A stretch of DNA of 61,753 nucleotides, taken from the sequence record OL960573.1; one strand, given 5' to 3'. Position numbers and translations under genes: made by a program. The notes below the pieces were generated by a model that had not been told where the DNA came from, did no database searches, and worked only from the letters and a program-made list of their open reading frames with translations. Shown here piece after piece: positions 27,048-35,632 of the stretch. This DNA comes from Escherichia phage vB_EcoS_SA126VB. Position 1 is the stretch's first letter, and the number at the start of each line of letters is the position of its first letter.

Positions 27048-29033
27048 TTAGGCGTATCCCATGTCTTCGAGATACTTCTCTGCTTTAGCTATATAAGCAT
27101 CATAATCTATGTCGTCCGGTATTTTATCCGGTAGCGTCATGATTGGGACACCTCCCGCGCTACCAGCTACACGGTTGCCCGAGTTAGCATAGATTATTTC
27201 GGGAGTTTCTTCATTGGTGCTTAAATACCAGCGTACAACCTTACCCAAAAATTCGCCATTCCATACCGCGCCGCCTTTTACTGCACGTAGGATAATGAAT
27301 TTTCTAATATCGTTGCAATTGCGTATAGTACGAGAAACAGGCGTACCGTGGGCCAAACATTCACATACAGCTTCCATAATAATTTCACCAGTACAGTTCT
27401 TTTGAAGCCCTGTTTTCGCGAACCAGCCTTTACGTTTAATTTCAACATTTCCTTCCTCATCAGGTTCTTTTACTGCAACATAGTTGTTGACGTTAGCACT
27501 GTACAGCTTGTCATAGTAGTTGGATTCCATTTTAAAACCTGTTACGGATTCCCACCACTTAATCATGTTATCAACGAAATCCTGCATGTGGTCAGGGTAC
27601 TTAACCACAATGCCATCCGTGTTAGCTGAAATTACTTTAACACCGTTCAGCTCAAACGCTTCAATAAGCATTAACAGAGATAGCTGTCCTGTGATAGTTA
27701 CCTGTATCAACAATTGCGGCGCGTACAATACAGACCACATTGAACCCAATTTACCGAACGATCCGTTGATTACGATCTTCAGCGTGTTGGCTGTGTTCTT
27801 GTCTCCTGAGTGCTTAGCCGCAATACGACGGTCTACAATGCTTTTATAAACACGAAGGAACGCTGGTCCCAACTGCTCAGGGTATAAGCCCTGATTAAGA
27901 ATAATTGAAGGGTAATAGGACGTTACGTCAATGTCTCGCTTCTTAATACCTGGCTCTTTACCGTGACCAGCACATTCTTCAGAGCTGTGTAGCCCACCGA
28001 TACCCATACGGTAGACACCGTCCGCAATCTTGATCTCCAGACCTGTTAAGGCTGGGGGCAAGCTAATGCCACCGTTATCGCTAACAACAAAGCGGCAGTC
28101 GCGAACAATATCCAAAACACTATTCATCAGAGGTGTTTGAAAACGAATAAAGTCCGGTATGTTATACGCATACTTTGTTCCAGGATAAACTTGGGGACGC
28201 TGCGGACGCACACCAGTTAACGCTTGAATTTCGTGTTTAATTACGTCTTCTGCAATCTGCGCATCAGAACGTGAACGCAGATCCACACCGTATTCTTGCG
28301 ACATAATTTCACGAAGATGTAAAGGTTCCTGTAATGCAATAAAACATTCTTCCGTCTGTACAAGGTCGTTAATACAGTACCAGCGTACAATAAGCATCTG
28401 GTCCTGCGTCAACATTGTATTTGGCTTGAACGGTAAATCCTGCATACGGCGAGTATGTACACGTCCGCCATATTGTTTCAAACCACCAGATCCAGGCAGA
28501 ACTTCCATAATATCAATGTGGTTAACGTTCTGCATACGCTTGAGACGGTAACTTTTCAATACATCCGAAGGACGCCAATCTTCAACGATTATCTTATCGG
28601 TTGCGTCTTTAAGCTGCGCATTAGAACAGCCGTTAAGCGCAAGCGTAGCAATGGTCATATCGTAACCGTTACCGTTAAAGCTCACGATAAGGAAGTTTGT
28701 CATTACCCAGTTAAGTAGCAAGCAATTCAAACTACAACCGTGATACATTTCGAAGTAGACAACTTTCTTAGTCCTTACTCCGCGGAATGCGATCAAGAAG
28801 TAGTTTGAATAACATTCAATATCATATACAAGCGGTTCGCGGTTAATCCATGCTTGAATAAGTTCATCCTGTGTGTACAGGTTGTATTGGAAGTTCCGCG
28901 CTTCCTCAAGATTAGGCAAATAATCCGGGCGCTCCCAAGTGCGCTCCGGCGGTAAACGTTTAACTTTTTCTTTCTTTGCTTTTGGCTCAGGCGGTAAGTC
29001 CTGCCAAAAGAAACCAATAGCATCTGTCCGCAT
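27048..29033 (-). CDS. DNA polymerase, family B (compact, with 3'-5' exonuclease motifs)
   Basis: Exo motifs YDIECYS, FNGNGYD, YCINDL; polymerase motifs DVTSYYPSII (A), KIVINGSFGK (B), SANTDGIVV (C); ATG 29033 overlaps upstream stop (TAATG), GGAGAA RBS; track start 29087 is TTG. Confidence 0.75.
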   Translation of the reverse strand: MRTDAIGFFWQDLPPEPKAKKEKVKRLPPERTWERPDYLPNLEEARNFQYNLYTQDELIQAWINREPLVYDIECYSNYFLIAFRGVRTKKVVYFEMYHGCSLNCLLLNWVMTNFLIVSFNGNGYDMTIATLALNGCSNAQLKDATDKIIVEDWRPSDVLKSYRLKRMQNVNHIDIMEVLPGSGGLKQYGGRVHTRRMQDLPFKPNTMLTQDQMLIVRWYCINDLVQTEECFIALQEPLHLREIMSQEYGVDLRSRSDAQIAEDVIKHEIQALTGVRPQRPQVYPGTKYAYNIPDFIRFQTPLMNSVLDIVRDCRFVVSDNGGISLPPALTGLEIKIADGVYRMGIGGLHSSEECAGHGKEPGIKKRDIDVTSYYPSIILNQGLYPEQLGPAFLRVYKSIVDRRIAAKHSGDKNTANTLKIVINGSFGKLGSMWSVLYAPQLLIQVTITGQLSLLMLIEAFELNGVKVISANTDGIVVKYPDHMQDFVDNMIKWWESVTGFKMESNYYDKLYSANVNNYVAVKEPDEEGNVEIKRKGWFAKTGLQKNCTGEIIMEAVCECLAHGTPVSRTIRNCNDIRKFIILRAVKGGAVWNGEFLGKVVRWYLSTNEETPEIIYANSGNRVAGSAGGVPIMTLPDKIPDDIDYDAYIAKAEKYLEDMGYA

Positions 29034-29986
29034 TAGACACGTTCTCCAATTAATACACCGCGAAGATTGTCCCCAAAGAATGCGCAAGGTTGCGGATATA
29101 AACTAAAGTCCGCAGTCTTAACCACATTTTCAAGCAATAACAGGATATCAATATTGTACACTCCCGTTATTGTTCGGTCCTGTAATACGAAGCTTGCACC
29201 TTCCGCATCATCATAGTGAGTACGGGCTAGACCGTTTTCAATATATACACGCGGTCGGTCTTCTGCGAACGGTTTAATTTTATGCAAGCCCTCAAAAAGA
29301 CCTGGATCAACAGGATGTGCATTGCATTGAACATTTAAAATACGACGTATATCGGGCCACTCCGCATCAATAAGCTGTGTTCGCAACCAGCGACCTTCCG
29401 GATAATGAAACGTTACATTGTTCTTACTAACCTGAATATGTGTCGGGTTAGCTTTAATGCGAAGTATTTCTTTAATAGCAACAGACGGTATTATGCAGTC
29501 AATAGGGAATTGATTACCAAACCAATATTCCGCAATGGTGACGTTATTTGTAGCAAACAGGCTACCGTTATTAATCAGAATACCGCAAGCCCACGGGCGG
29601 GACGCATCCGAGCCTACAAACGGAGCAACAGACTTCACACCGTGTACGAAGCGAGCACCGTCTATTTCGTATAAATCACCTTCAGGGAATACGTGAGGCG
29701 TTTCCTTGTCAATGCAGCGTATAGCAACACGAAACGGTCCGGACTTAATATTAAGTTTACCGTTAGCCATCATTGTTAACTGTACGGTTTCGTCACAGTT
29801 TGAAATAGCTTTAATCATAGGCCCAGCTTCAGGCTTGCAATCAATATCCAGCTCAATAGGGCTACCCAGTGCAATAACACCGTTAAAGCCCTGTACCTGT
29901 CCATCACGGATAAGAAAGCTGGTAAGCCCTTCTACCAGTTCCTTTTTAGCGACGGACCCTTGAACAAATTTAAGAGCGTCTAACAT
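29033..29986 (-). CDS. beta sliding clamp-like protein (DnaN-like)
   Basis: 317 aa; LIDAEWPDIRRILNV closely resembles the DnaN segment LVDGRFPDYRRVLP (recalled from memory); translationally coupled to polymerase. Confidence 0.5.
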   Translation of the reverse strand: MLDALKFVQGSVAKKELVEGLTSFLIRDGQVQGFNGVIALGSPIELDIDCKPEAGPMIKAISNCDETVQLTMMANGKLNIKSGPFRVAIRCIDKETPHVFPEGDLYEIDGARFVHGVKSVAPFVGSDASRPWACGILINNGSLFATNNVTIAEYWFGNQFPIDCIIPSVAIKEILRIKANPTHIQVSKNNVTFHYPEGRWLRTQLIDAEWPDIRRILNVQCNAHPVDPGLFEGLHKIKPFAEDRPRVYIENGLARTHYDDAEGASFVLQDRTITGVYNIDILLLLENVVKTADFSLYPQPCAFFGDNLRGVLIGERV

Positions 29987-30213
29987 TAGCGATCCTCGAT
30001 TGCTCTAATTGTGGTTAAATCTAATTCGCAGGTTGGAGGGTATCCATAAAGTTCCATTTGTTTTCCTTGTGCATTAAACCATGTACCTGATGGATCCTGC
30101 CACTGCTTAGGTGTCTTGTGGAGAAATACTACTCTGTTTTCACCATAATAATTAATTCTTACTCCTGTGTGAGTATATTTACGTTTACCTTTTGGTCTTC
30201 TTAAGTTAGCCAT
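29986..30213 (-). CDS. hypothetical small protein
   Basis: 75 aa, Lys/Arg-rich N-terminus; start and stop both overlap neighbours. Confidence 0.4.
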   Translation of the reverse strand: MANLRRPKGKRKYTHTGVRINYYGENRVVFLHKTPKQWQDPSGTWFNAQGKQMELYGYPPTCELDLTTIRAIEDR

Positions 30214-31133
30214 CAGAACAACTCCATTACACGATCACGGAATGTGCCGTCATGGGTGGCGTTAATGTTTGCAGCAATTACACCATACGCCCATAAGTTG
30301 AAGGCAGCACGTGATTCATAGATTGTTGATAAACGTTCGTAAGTGAAACCGTTTTGCTCAAGGTATTTAAGGACAGCGTCTTGTTCGATTTCAGTTAATG
30401 TTGAAACATGCTTACCAAAATGATGGCGGTCCGGTGACTTATCTGATACGCGCATTGGTCCCCACGGAGGGGTAACCACACTTCCAAACGCTGCCGCTTG
30501 AATCCAGGAGGATGAGTCGCAGCTATACCACGGATAACGTTCCATGATGGTTGTTGACGTAATACCAAACGCATGAAGTTTAATCTTAGCACGTCCGCTA
30601 CCGTCGCAAATATATTTGTCCCACATGCGGTCAAGCCAAGTCTTAAGCGTGTCCGTGGAACGCCCTACCATGCCCCCGATGGTGATATATTCGTAGTTCT
30701 TCATGTAGTATTCAAGATAGCGGAAGTCTTCACCAAAGTGAAAGCAAGGTAACGGTTTAGCACCGCGTGCTTCCATTTCAAGCTGGTTACGGTAGGTTTG
30801 CAACGGGTCACCGATACCATCGAGTACCGACGCCATTACCGCACCATCTTCAACGCGAAGGATGTCTTTGTTGCGCTTAATGTATTCGCAGTATTCAACA
30901 ATATCAATGTGAGCACCTAAAGAATGTGCAGAGAATGCACCGGAGTCGAGAAATACTTTAGCCCCGTCCGCACGCATCTGATCAACATACTTTTGACGCC
31001 CAACGTAGTGATATGATTCCAAAATATGGGGCAGATTGCGCGTGATATTTTTCTCATGCTCAGACAGCTTTTCATAACGCTGCTGGCCAGGCATATATCC
31101 GTTCGTGTAAACTGCTGCCATAAAAACGTTCAT
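30213..31133 (-). CDS. dpdA: DpdA-like tRNA-guanine-transglycosylase-family protein (predicted DNA 7-deazaguanine transglycosylase)
   Basis: 306 aa; FLDSGAFS matches the TGT catalytic DSGGFQ region; no CxCxxC..H zinc motif; sits beside folE/queD/queC/queE. Confidence 0.65.
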   Translation of the reverse strand: MNVFMAAVYTNGYMPGQQRYEKLSEHEKNITRNLPHILESYHYVGRQKYVDQMRADGAKVFLDSGAFSAHSLGAHIDIVEYCEYIKRNKDILRVEDGAVMASVLDGIGDPLQTYRNQLEMEARGAKPLPCFHFGEDFRYLEYYMKNYEYITIGGMVGRSTDTLKTWLDRMWDKYICDGSGRAKIKLHAFGITSTTIMERYPWYSCDSSSWIQAAAFGSVVTPPWGPMRVSDKSPDRHHFGKHVSTLTEIEQDAVLKYLEQNGFTYERLSTIYESRAAFNLWAYGVIAANINATHDGTFRDRVMELF

Positions 31134-31336
31134 TTTTGGAACGGCCCTCCAAACTGATCAATTAGTTCTAAAGTACGCCACGTTTCATTAAATGCTTCGT
31201 CCGCTCGATGTTTAGCGTCAATAAGCTGCTGCTTTAAAACATCTGTAGGCGCATCATTCTGTACTGCAGAGCAAGCATCTGCAGTACCTGCTTTAAGCTG
31301 GTAGAATGCTGTCTCTAAGATTAGTTGTCTTGACAT
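31130..31336 (-). CDS. hypothetical small protein
   Basis: ATG 31336 preceded by GGAGGA; track start 31363 lies inside the folE terminator hairpin. Confidence 0.35.
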   Translation of the reverse strand: MSRQLILETAFYQLKAGTADACSAVQNDAPTDVLKQQLIDAKHRADEAFNETWRTLELIDQFGGPFQK

Positions 31337-31352
31337 ATTTCCTCCAATGACT

Positions 31353-31389
31353 AAAAAGCCCATACCAGTATTATGACCGATATGGGCTT
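31353..31389 (-). terminator. rho-independent terminator after folE
   Basis: AAGCCCATA ... TATGGGCTT 9-bp stem followed on the minus strand by UUUUUAG. Confidence 0.55.
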
Positions 31390-31407
31390 GATCTGTAAAG
31401 CTATCTA

Positions 31408-32055
31408 TTATTTACAAGCTTCGAGGAACTCCCGGCGCCAATATGCACCCATATCGGTTCCCCCCAGCCCCGCGCGTGCGGTGCATCCGCGGAATGCTTT
31501 GGTAATAGTAGAGCTGCCGCATACCTGCTTAACACCGCGCGACTCCATGCACATATGCTTGGCGTCAATATAAACACATACAGCTTTCGGGTTTAAATGC
31601 TCCTGAATAGCGTCAGCAATCTGGTTAGTTAGACGCTCTTGCACTTGCAAGCGACGGCTAAAAGCATCAACCACGCGAGACAGTTTACTGAGCCCCACGA
31701 TGCGACCGTTAGGAACATACCCCACGACAGCGCGACCGATAATAGGGGCCATATGGTGTTCACAATGACTGTAAACAGGAATATCACGAACAATGACCAT
31801 TTCATTGGTGTTTTCCGCCCCATCCTCAAAGGTTTTAAACAGACCAGCAATATCTACATCGTAACCGCTAAACCATGTGGCATAAGCTTTAGCGACACGG
31901 TCTGGAGTCTCTGCTAATCCTGGACGTAATTCAATGCAATCTTCAATCTGAGTTAGTAAAGTATGCACCGCGCGAGCAATACGGAATTGAGTACCTTCAT
32001 TATCAATAGTAAATTTTGGCATGGTTTGCAGTTTCCTTGTTGTTAATGTGGTCAT
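31408..32055 (-). CDS. folE: GTP cyclohydrolase I
   Basis: 215 aa; [30 protein letters not shown] contains the FolE CEHH signature. Confidence 0.85.
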   Translation of the reverse strand: MTTLTTRKLQTMPKFTIDNEGTQFRIARAVHTLLTQIEDCIELRPGLAETPDRVAKAYATWFSGYDVDIAGLFKTFEDGAENTNEMVIVRDIPVYSHCEHHMAPIIGRAVVGYVPNGRIVGLSKLSRVVDAFSRRLQVQERLTNQIADAIQEHLNPKAVCVYIDAKHMCMESRGVKQVCGSSTITKAFRGCTARAGLGGTDMGAYWRREFLEACK

Positions 32056-32057
32056 AC

Positions 32058-32549
32058 TTACAGACTATAGTTTACGTGACATTTCGAAGTTTCTTCGATG
32101 GTGCATTCTACAAGTTGAACACCATGTTCGTCAAGTAGTTGCGGTCCAATTACTTCAACCATATATGCAGCTAGGTTTTCGGCGGTAGGGTTGAACGGTA
32201 AAGATACCAGCGAGTTGTCAAAGTCCCTTACATCGTGACCCGTAGCTTCGTCACAAAGTTCAAGATCAACCTGAAGAGCTTTAATCAAAGGATCTTCTTC
32301 CCAGTGTAGGAATTTATGATCCCAATTATCTTCCAACCACTGGCAGAGCGTAGTTTTAACCACACTAAAATCGATAACTCGCCCAACGTCGTCCAGCAAA
32401 ATACTATTGATTTCTTGCGACCCTTTTTTCGGTGCAACCTTAAAGTGAAACTTATAGTTGTGACCATGAAGGTGACGACACTTACTTTCATGACCCACAA
32501 CACGGTGACCAGCGCAAATTTCATGTGAACGAATTACTGTATAACTCAT
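32058..32549 (-). CDS. queD: 6-carboxy-5,6,7,8-tetrahydropterin synthase
   Basis: 163 aa; CRHLHGHNY (CxxxHGH zinc motif); AGAGGT RBS. Confidence 0.85.
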   Translation of the reverse strand: MSYTVIRSHEICAGHRVVGHESKCRHLHGHNYKFHFKVAPKKGSQEINSILLDDVGRVIDFSVVKTTLCQWLEDNWDHKFLHWEEDPLIKALQVDLELCDEATGHDVRDFDNSLVSLPFNPTAENLAAYMVEVIGPQLLDEHGVQLVECTIEETSKCHVNYSL

Positions 32550-33136
32550 TTTAATACCTCTTTAGACTGTTCAATTTCTAACGCACGTTGCGCCGACGCA
32601 ATAATGTCTTTCAGATCTTCTACCAGATTCTTATGACCGCGTTCGCCCGGCTGCAACGCCTTTTTAATCAAATGTTGTAAAGCTGGGTTAGTTGTGTTCC
32701 AAGCTTCCAAGACATCATAGACGTCCACGATGCATTTTACAACATTGCCGTTTTGATCTTTACCATAAATAACTTTCTGATATTTATTCATGGGAATTTT
32801 AGATGGTTCGTATTTCGTAAAAACTGCACCATTAAATGTATTACTTATGCTTATTCCAGAAGAAGGTTGATGGTACAATCCGGAGCGAGTGTTTTCGCTG
32901 GCTTGGTTGACGTAATCTTCCGCAACAATATATCGCCAGGCTATGATATCTTGAACTTTATAAGGGCTATTTTCATCCATAGCTGAACGCCCTTCCATAG
33001 CCCAATCCCATCCATGTAATAGATTCTTAACGTGTGTGCCGTTGCGCAAACGAACTTCAAACTTCTCATTACGAAGAAAAATAGGCATTCCTTTACCGTC
33101 GTGTAGGTGCCAAATTTTATTCAAATTATCTTTCAT
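32546..33136 (-). CDS. hypothetical protein embedded in 7-deazaguanine cluster
   Basis: 196 aa from ATG 33136 (stop of upstream gene 2 nt away); no recognisable QueF/ArcS/amidotransferase motif. Confidence 0.5.
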   Translation of the reverse strand: MKDNLNKIWHLHDGKGMPIFLRNEKFEVRLRNGTHVKNLLHGWDWAMEGRSAMDENSPYKVQDIIAWRYIVAEDYVNQASENTRSGLYHQPSSGISISNTFNGAVFTKYEPSKIPMNKYQKVIYGKDQNGNVVKCIVDVYDVLEAWNTTNPALQHLIKKALQPGERGHKNLVEDLKDIIASAQRALEIEQSKEVLK

Positions 33137-33138
33137 TT

Positions 33139-33618
33139 TTACGCTCTCGCTGTACGTGAATGAACTTCGTAAACAACCCAAAGGATAGCAGACGCTGTGA
33201 ACTTACTTAAGCTCATTGCTACCATCGATCCCGGATTAACAATACCTATAATACTTAAGAACACAATGGAGTCAATCGGTACAGCTACCAAAGAGCTGAT
33301 AAATACTCGTTGATGGAAAGGCTTCTTGGTGACCGTGTATACTACATAGTCCGCAAACTCACTAAGCGCAAAAGACGCAACGGATGCAACTACAACCGCA
33401 GGATCACCGAACACCCAGCTAAGAATGCAACCAACAATCATTGCAGGGATGACGCCTTTGCCAGCGTTACGCTGTGCGTAATCACGCAGAACAAAGATAA
33501 TGCCTACAAAGAAAGCCATCATGGGGACTACGCCAAGTGGCGTATTAAGCATCGGAAGGTAGGAAAAGCCCAGGTTTACGAATGTAATTGCAGCCAGATA
33601 AGCAACGATAAATTTCAT
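33139..33618 (-). CDS. putative queuosine-precursor (preQ0/preQ1) transporter, YhhQ/DUF165-like membrane protein
   Basis: 159 aa, 4-5 hydrophobic helices; loose resemblance to YhhQ; adjacent to queC; GGAGAA RBS. Confidence 0.4.
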   Translation of the reverse strand: MKFIVAYLAAITFVNLGFSYLPMLNTPLGVVPMMAFFVGIIFVLRDYAQRNAGKGVIPAMIVGCILSWVFGDPAVVVASVASFALSEFADYVVYTVTKKPFHQRVFISSLVAVPIDSIVFLSIIGIVNPGSMVAMSLSKFTASAILWVVYEVHSRTARA

Positions 33619-33738
33619 ACTTTTGTTCTCCAGTTTTAACAGCGCTATTCGCTGGTTGTTGGGTTTAAAAGCTTTAGTAGTATAGTTGGGTTACCGCACC
33701 CTAAACAATGCGCTAGCGGTGCGGTTTTCGCGGTAAGA

Positions 33739-34461
33739 TCAAATGTGTTTGCTGTAAGCCTTATCCATAAATTCGCTATAGCCTTTAGCGCGAAGTTTAC
33801 ACGCCGGGCATTCCCCGCAACCGTATCCCCAGTCATGCAGAGTACGACGGACGCCATTATAGCACGTATGGGACTGCTCAATTACTGTGGTTAAGAAACC
33901 AACCTTATCCGCCAGCTCAAACGTTTCTGCTTTATTTAAACGCATAAGCGGTGTAACAAAATGGATATCAGTTTCATATCCAACGTTTAATGTAGCTTCA
34001 AGAAGATCAACAAACTGCTGGCGGCAATCCGGATAACCGCTATAGTCTGTTTCACAAACGCCTGTAACCACATATCGAGCACCAACTTTCTGCGCGTAAG
34101 CGTGCGCGGTAGTAAGGAAAAGAGCATTACGGTTTGGCACAAAGCTTGCCGGAAGGTTGTTGTGCTGTTCGTGATGTTCGTTAACATCACCTTCGTCCCC
34201 GATTAAAGCGCTATTCCCAATCTGTTTCAAAGCAGGTAATTCAAAGACAACAAATGGGACATCGTGCTCTTTACAAATTTGATTAGCACAAGCCAGCTCA
34301 ATGTTATGACGTTGACCGTATGCAAAACCAATAGCGTAGACCTTATCATAGTTATTAAGGGCAAGGCCCAAACAGGTTACGCTGTCCTGGCCGCCAGACA
34401 GGACGACAACGGCGGAGTTATGATTTTTTACAGGGAATACCAGTTTATCTAATTTATTCAT
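33739..34461 (-). CDS. queC: 7-cyano-7-deazaguanine (preQ0) synthase
   Basis: 240 aa; PP-loop VVLSGGQDS; C-terminal Cys cluster CYNGV...CGECPAC; no fused amidotransferase domain. Confidence 0.85.
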   Translation of the reverse strand: MNKLDKLVFPVKNHNSAVVVLSGGQDSVTCLGLALNNYDKVYAIGFAYGQRHNIELACANQICKEHDVPFVVFELPALKQIGNSALIGDEGDVNEHHEQHNNLPASFVPNRNALFLTTAHAYAQKVGARYVVTGVCETDYSGYPDCRQQFVDLLEATLNVGYETDIHFVTPLMRLNKAETFELADKVGFLTTVIEQSHTCYNGVRRTLHDWGYGCGECPACKLRAKGYSEFMDKAYSKHI

Positions 34462-34462
34462 T

Positions 34463-34651
34463 TTAGAAACCTTTAAGGCTAATATTAAGGTTAACGACTA
34501 CTTGTTCAACTACATCTTCAGAGGCCATCTGACGCTTATGAATTTCAAGCTCCGAGTATATTTTCTTGGATGCAGCACGACAAATAGCGTCATTTAACTC
34601 GTCCTGTAAACGTTGAATCTTTTGCATAAGAATTACAGTCTCTTCATTCAT
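34463..34651 (-). CDS. hypothetical small protein
   Basis: 62 aa between queC and queE, ATG start. Confidence 0.4.
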   Translation of the reverse strand: MNEETVILMQKIQRLQDELNDAICRAASKKIYSELEIHKRQMASEDVVEQVVVNLNISLKGF

Positions 34652-34856
34652 CTACTTCACCTTTAATATCACAAGGGTTGATTGTTACGTTAGACATTAC
34701 AATTGGATGATTACGCGCTCCAATTGTACTAACGTAATTAATATCTAATTCTACATGCACGCCCTGCATAGTAGCGTGAGCAATCGAAGAATTAAGTTTT
34801 TCTACCAGCTCAGTAATCATTTCCTGATGCTGTTTCGCTTCTTCCAAAGTGATCAT
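34644..34856 (-). CDS. hypothetical small protein
   Basis: 70 aa between queC and queE; stop overlaps queE start region. Confidence 0.4.
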   Translation of the reverse strand: MITLEEAKQHQEMITELVEKLNSSIAHATMQGVHVELDINYVSTIGARNHPIVMSNVTINPCDIKGEVDE

Positions 34857-35563
34857 TATTCCACCCCGATATATTTGTGAACCTGAAGCTGCAACGTGTA
34901 ACCGTGTTTCATACAGCTTTGGACAACGGCTTGGATGTTACTGTGGTTAAGGTTTTCATCCTGCTCGTCCATTGGCTGTAAATATATCTTACCCTTGAAC
35001 CCCTTCGGAGGTCTAGCGATAAATGGCGTAGCTTGATGATCTAATGCTTGAAAAGGTAAACCATCTACCACGTTTACACAGCACGCTTTAAGTACATATT
35101 TAAATGCATTAGCGCGGTACAGCACAGAAGGGTGAATCTTTGAGGTTTTGGGGCTACATACAATCACAGGTAACTGGGAAAAGTTCTTAGGTAAAGGCAT
35201 AGACCCATTAGTCTCAATTTGCACCAAATACCCGCGCGATAACAGTTGTTCGACAAACGGGTTAATTTGCTGGCGGAATGGTTCACCCCCAGTAATAACC
35301 ACAAGTGATGTGCTATTGCCTGATTCCAGCTTACGGCTTTCGATTAAACGCATAATATCGACAATATGATAAAGACTACGACCAACAGTATAATCCGTAT
35401 CACAGCCAGGACATTGCAGGTTGCACCCAGCAAGACGCACAAATACAGCAGGTTGGCCGCAAAATGGACCTTCACCCTGAATGGTAGAGAATACCGAATG
35501 CACGTCTAAATACATATCGTTTTCTTTAGAACGGGACTCGGGAGCTTGTTGATTAATATTCAT
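34856..35563 (-). CDS. queE: 7-carboxy-7-deazaguanine synthase (radical SAM)
   Basis: 235 aa; RLAGCNLQCPGCDTDY (CX3CX2C radical-SAM motif); AGAGGA RBS. Confidence 0.8.
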   Translation of the reverse strand: MNINQQAPESRSKENDMYLDVHSVFSTIQGEGPFCGQPAVFVRLAGCNLQCPGCDTDYTVGRSLYHIVDIMRLIESRKLESGNSTSLVVITGGEPFRQQINPFVEQLLSRGYLVQIETNGSMPLPKNFSQLPVIVCSPKTSKIHPSVLYRANAFKYVLKACCVNVVDGLPFQALDHQATPFIARPPKGFKGKIYLQPMDEQDENLNHSNIQAVVQSCMKHGYTLQLQVHKYIGVE

Positions 35564-35576
35564 CTTAAATCCTCTA

Positions 35577-35606
35577 GTGAAAAAGAAAGCGCCTCATTGG
35601 GCGCTT
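35577..35606 (-). terminator. rho-independent terminator upstream of queE
   Basis: AAAGCGCC-tcatt-GGCGCTTT followed on the minus strand by UUCUUUUUC. Confidence 0.55.
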
Positions 35607-35632
35607 TCATTATAACGTGATATGTTTTGATA

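Noticed and set aside
33619-33738. preQ1 riboswitch upstream of the YhhQ-like transporter gene
   Set aside because: A hairpin exists but the loop and tail do not match the preQ1-I consensus (no A-rich tail with ACUA box); left as unexplained structure.
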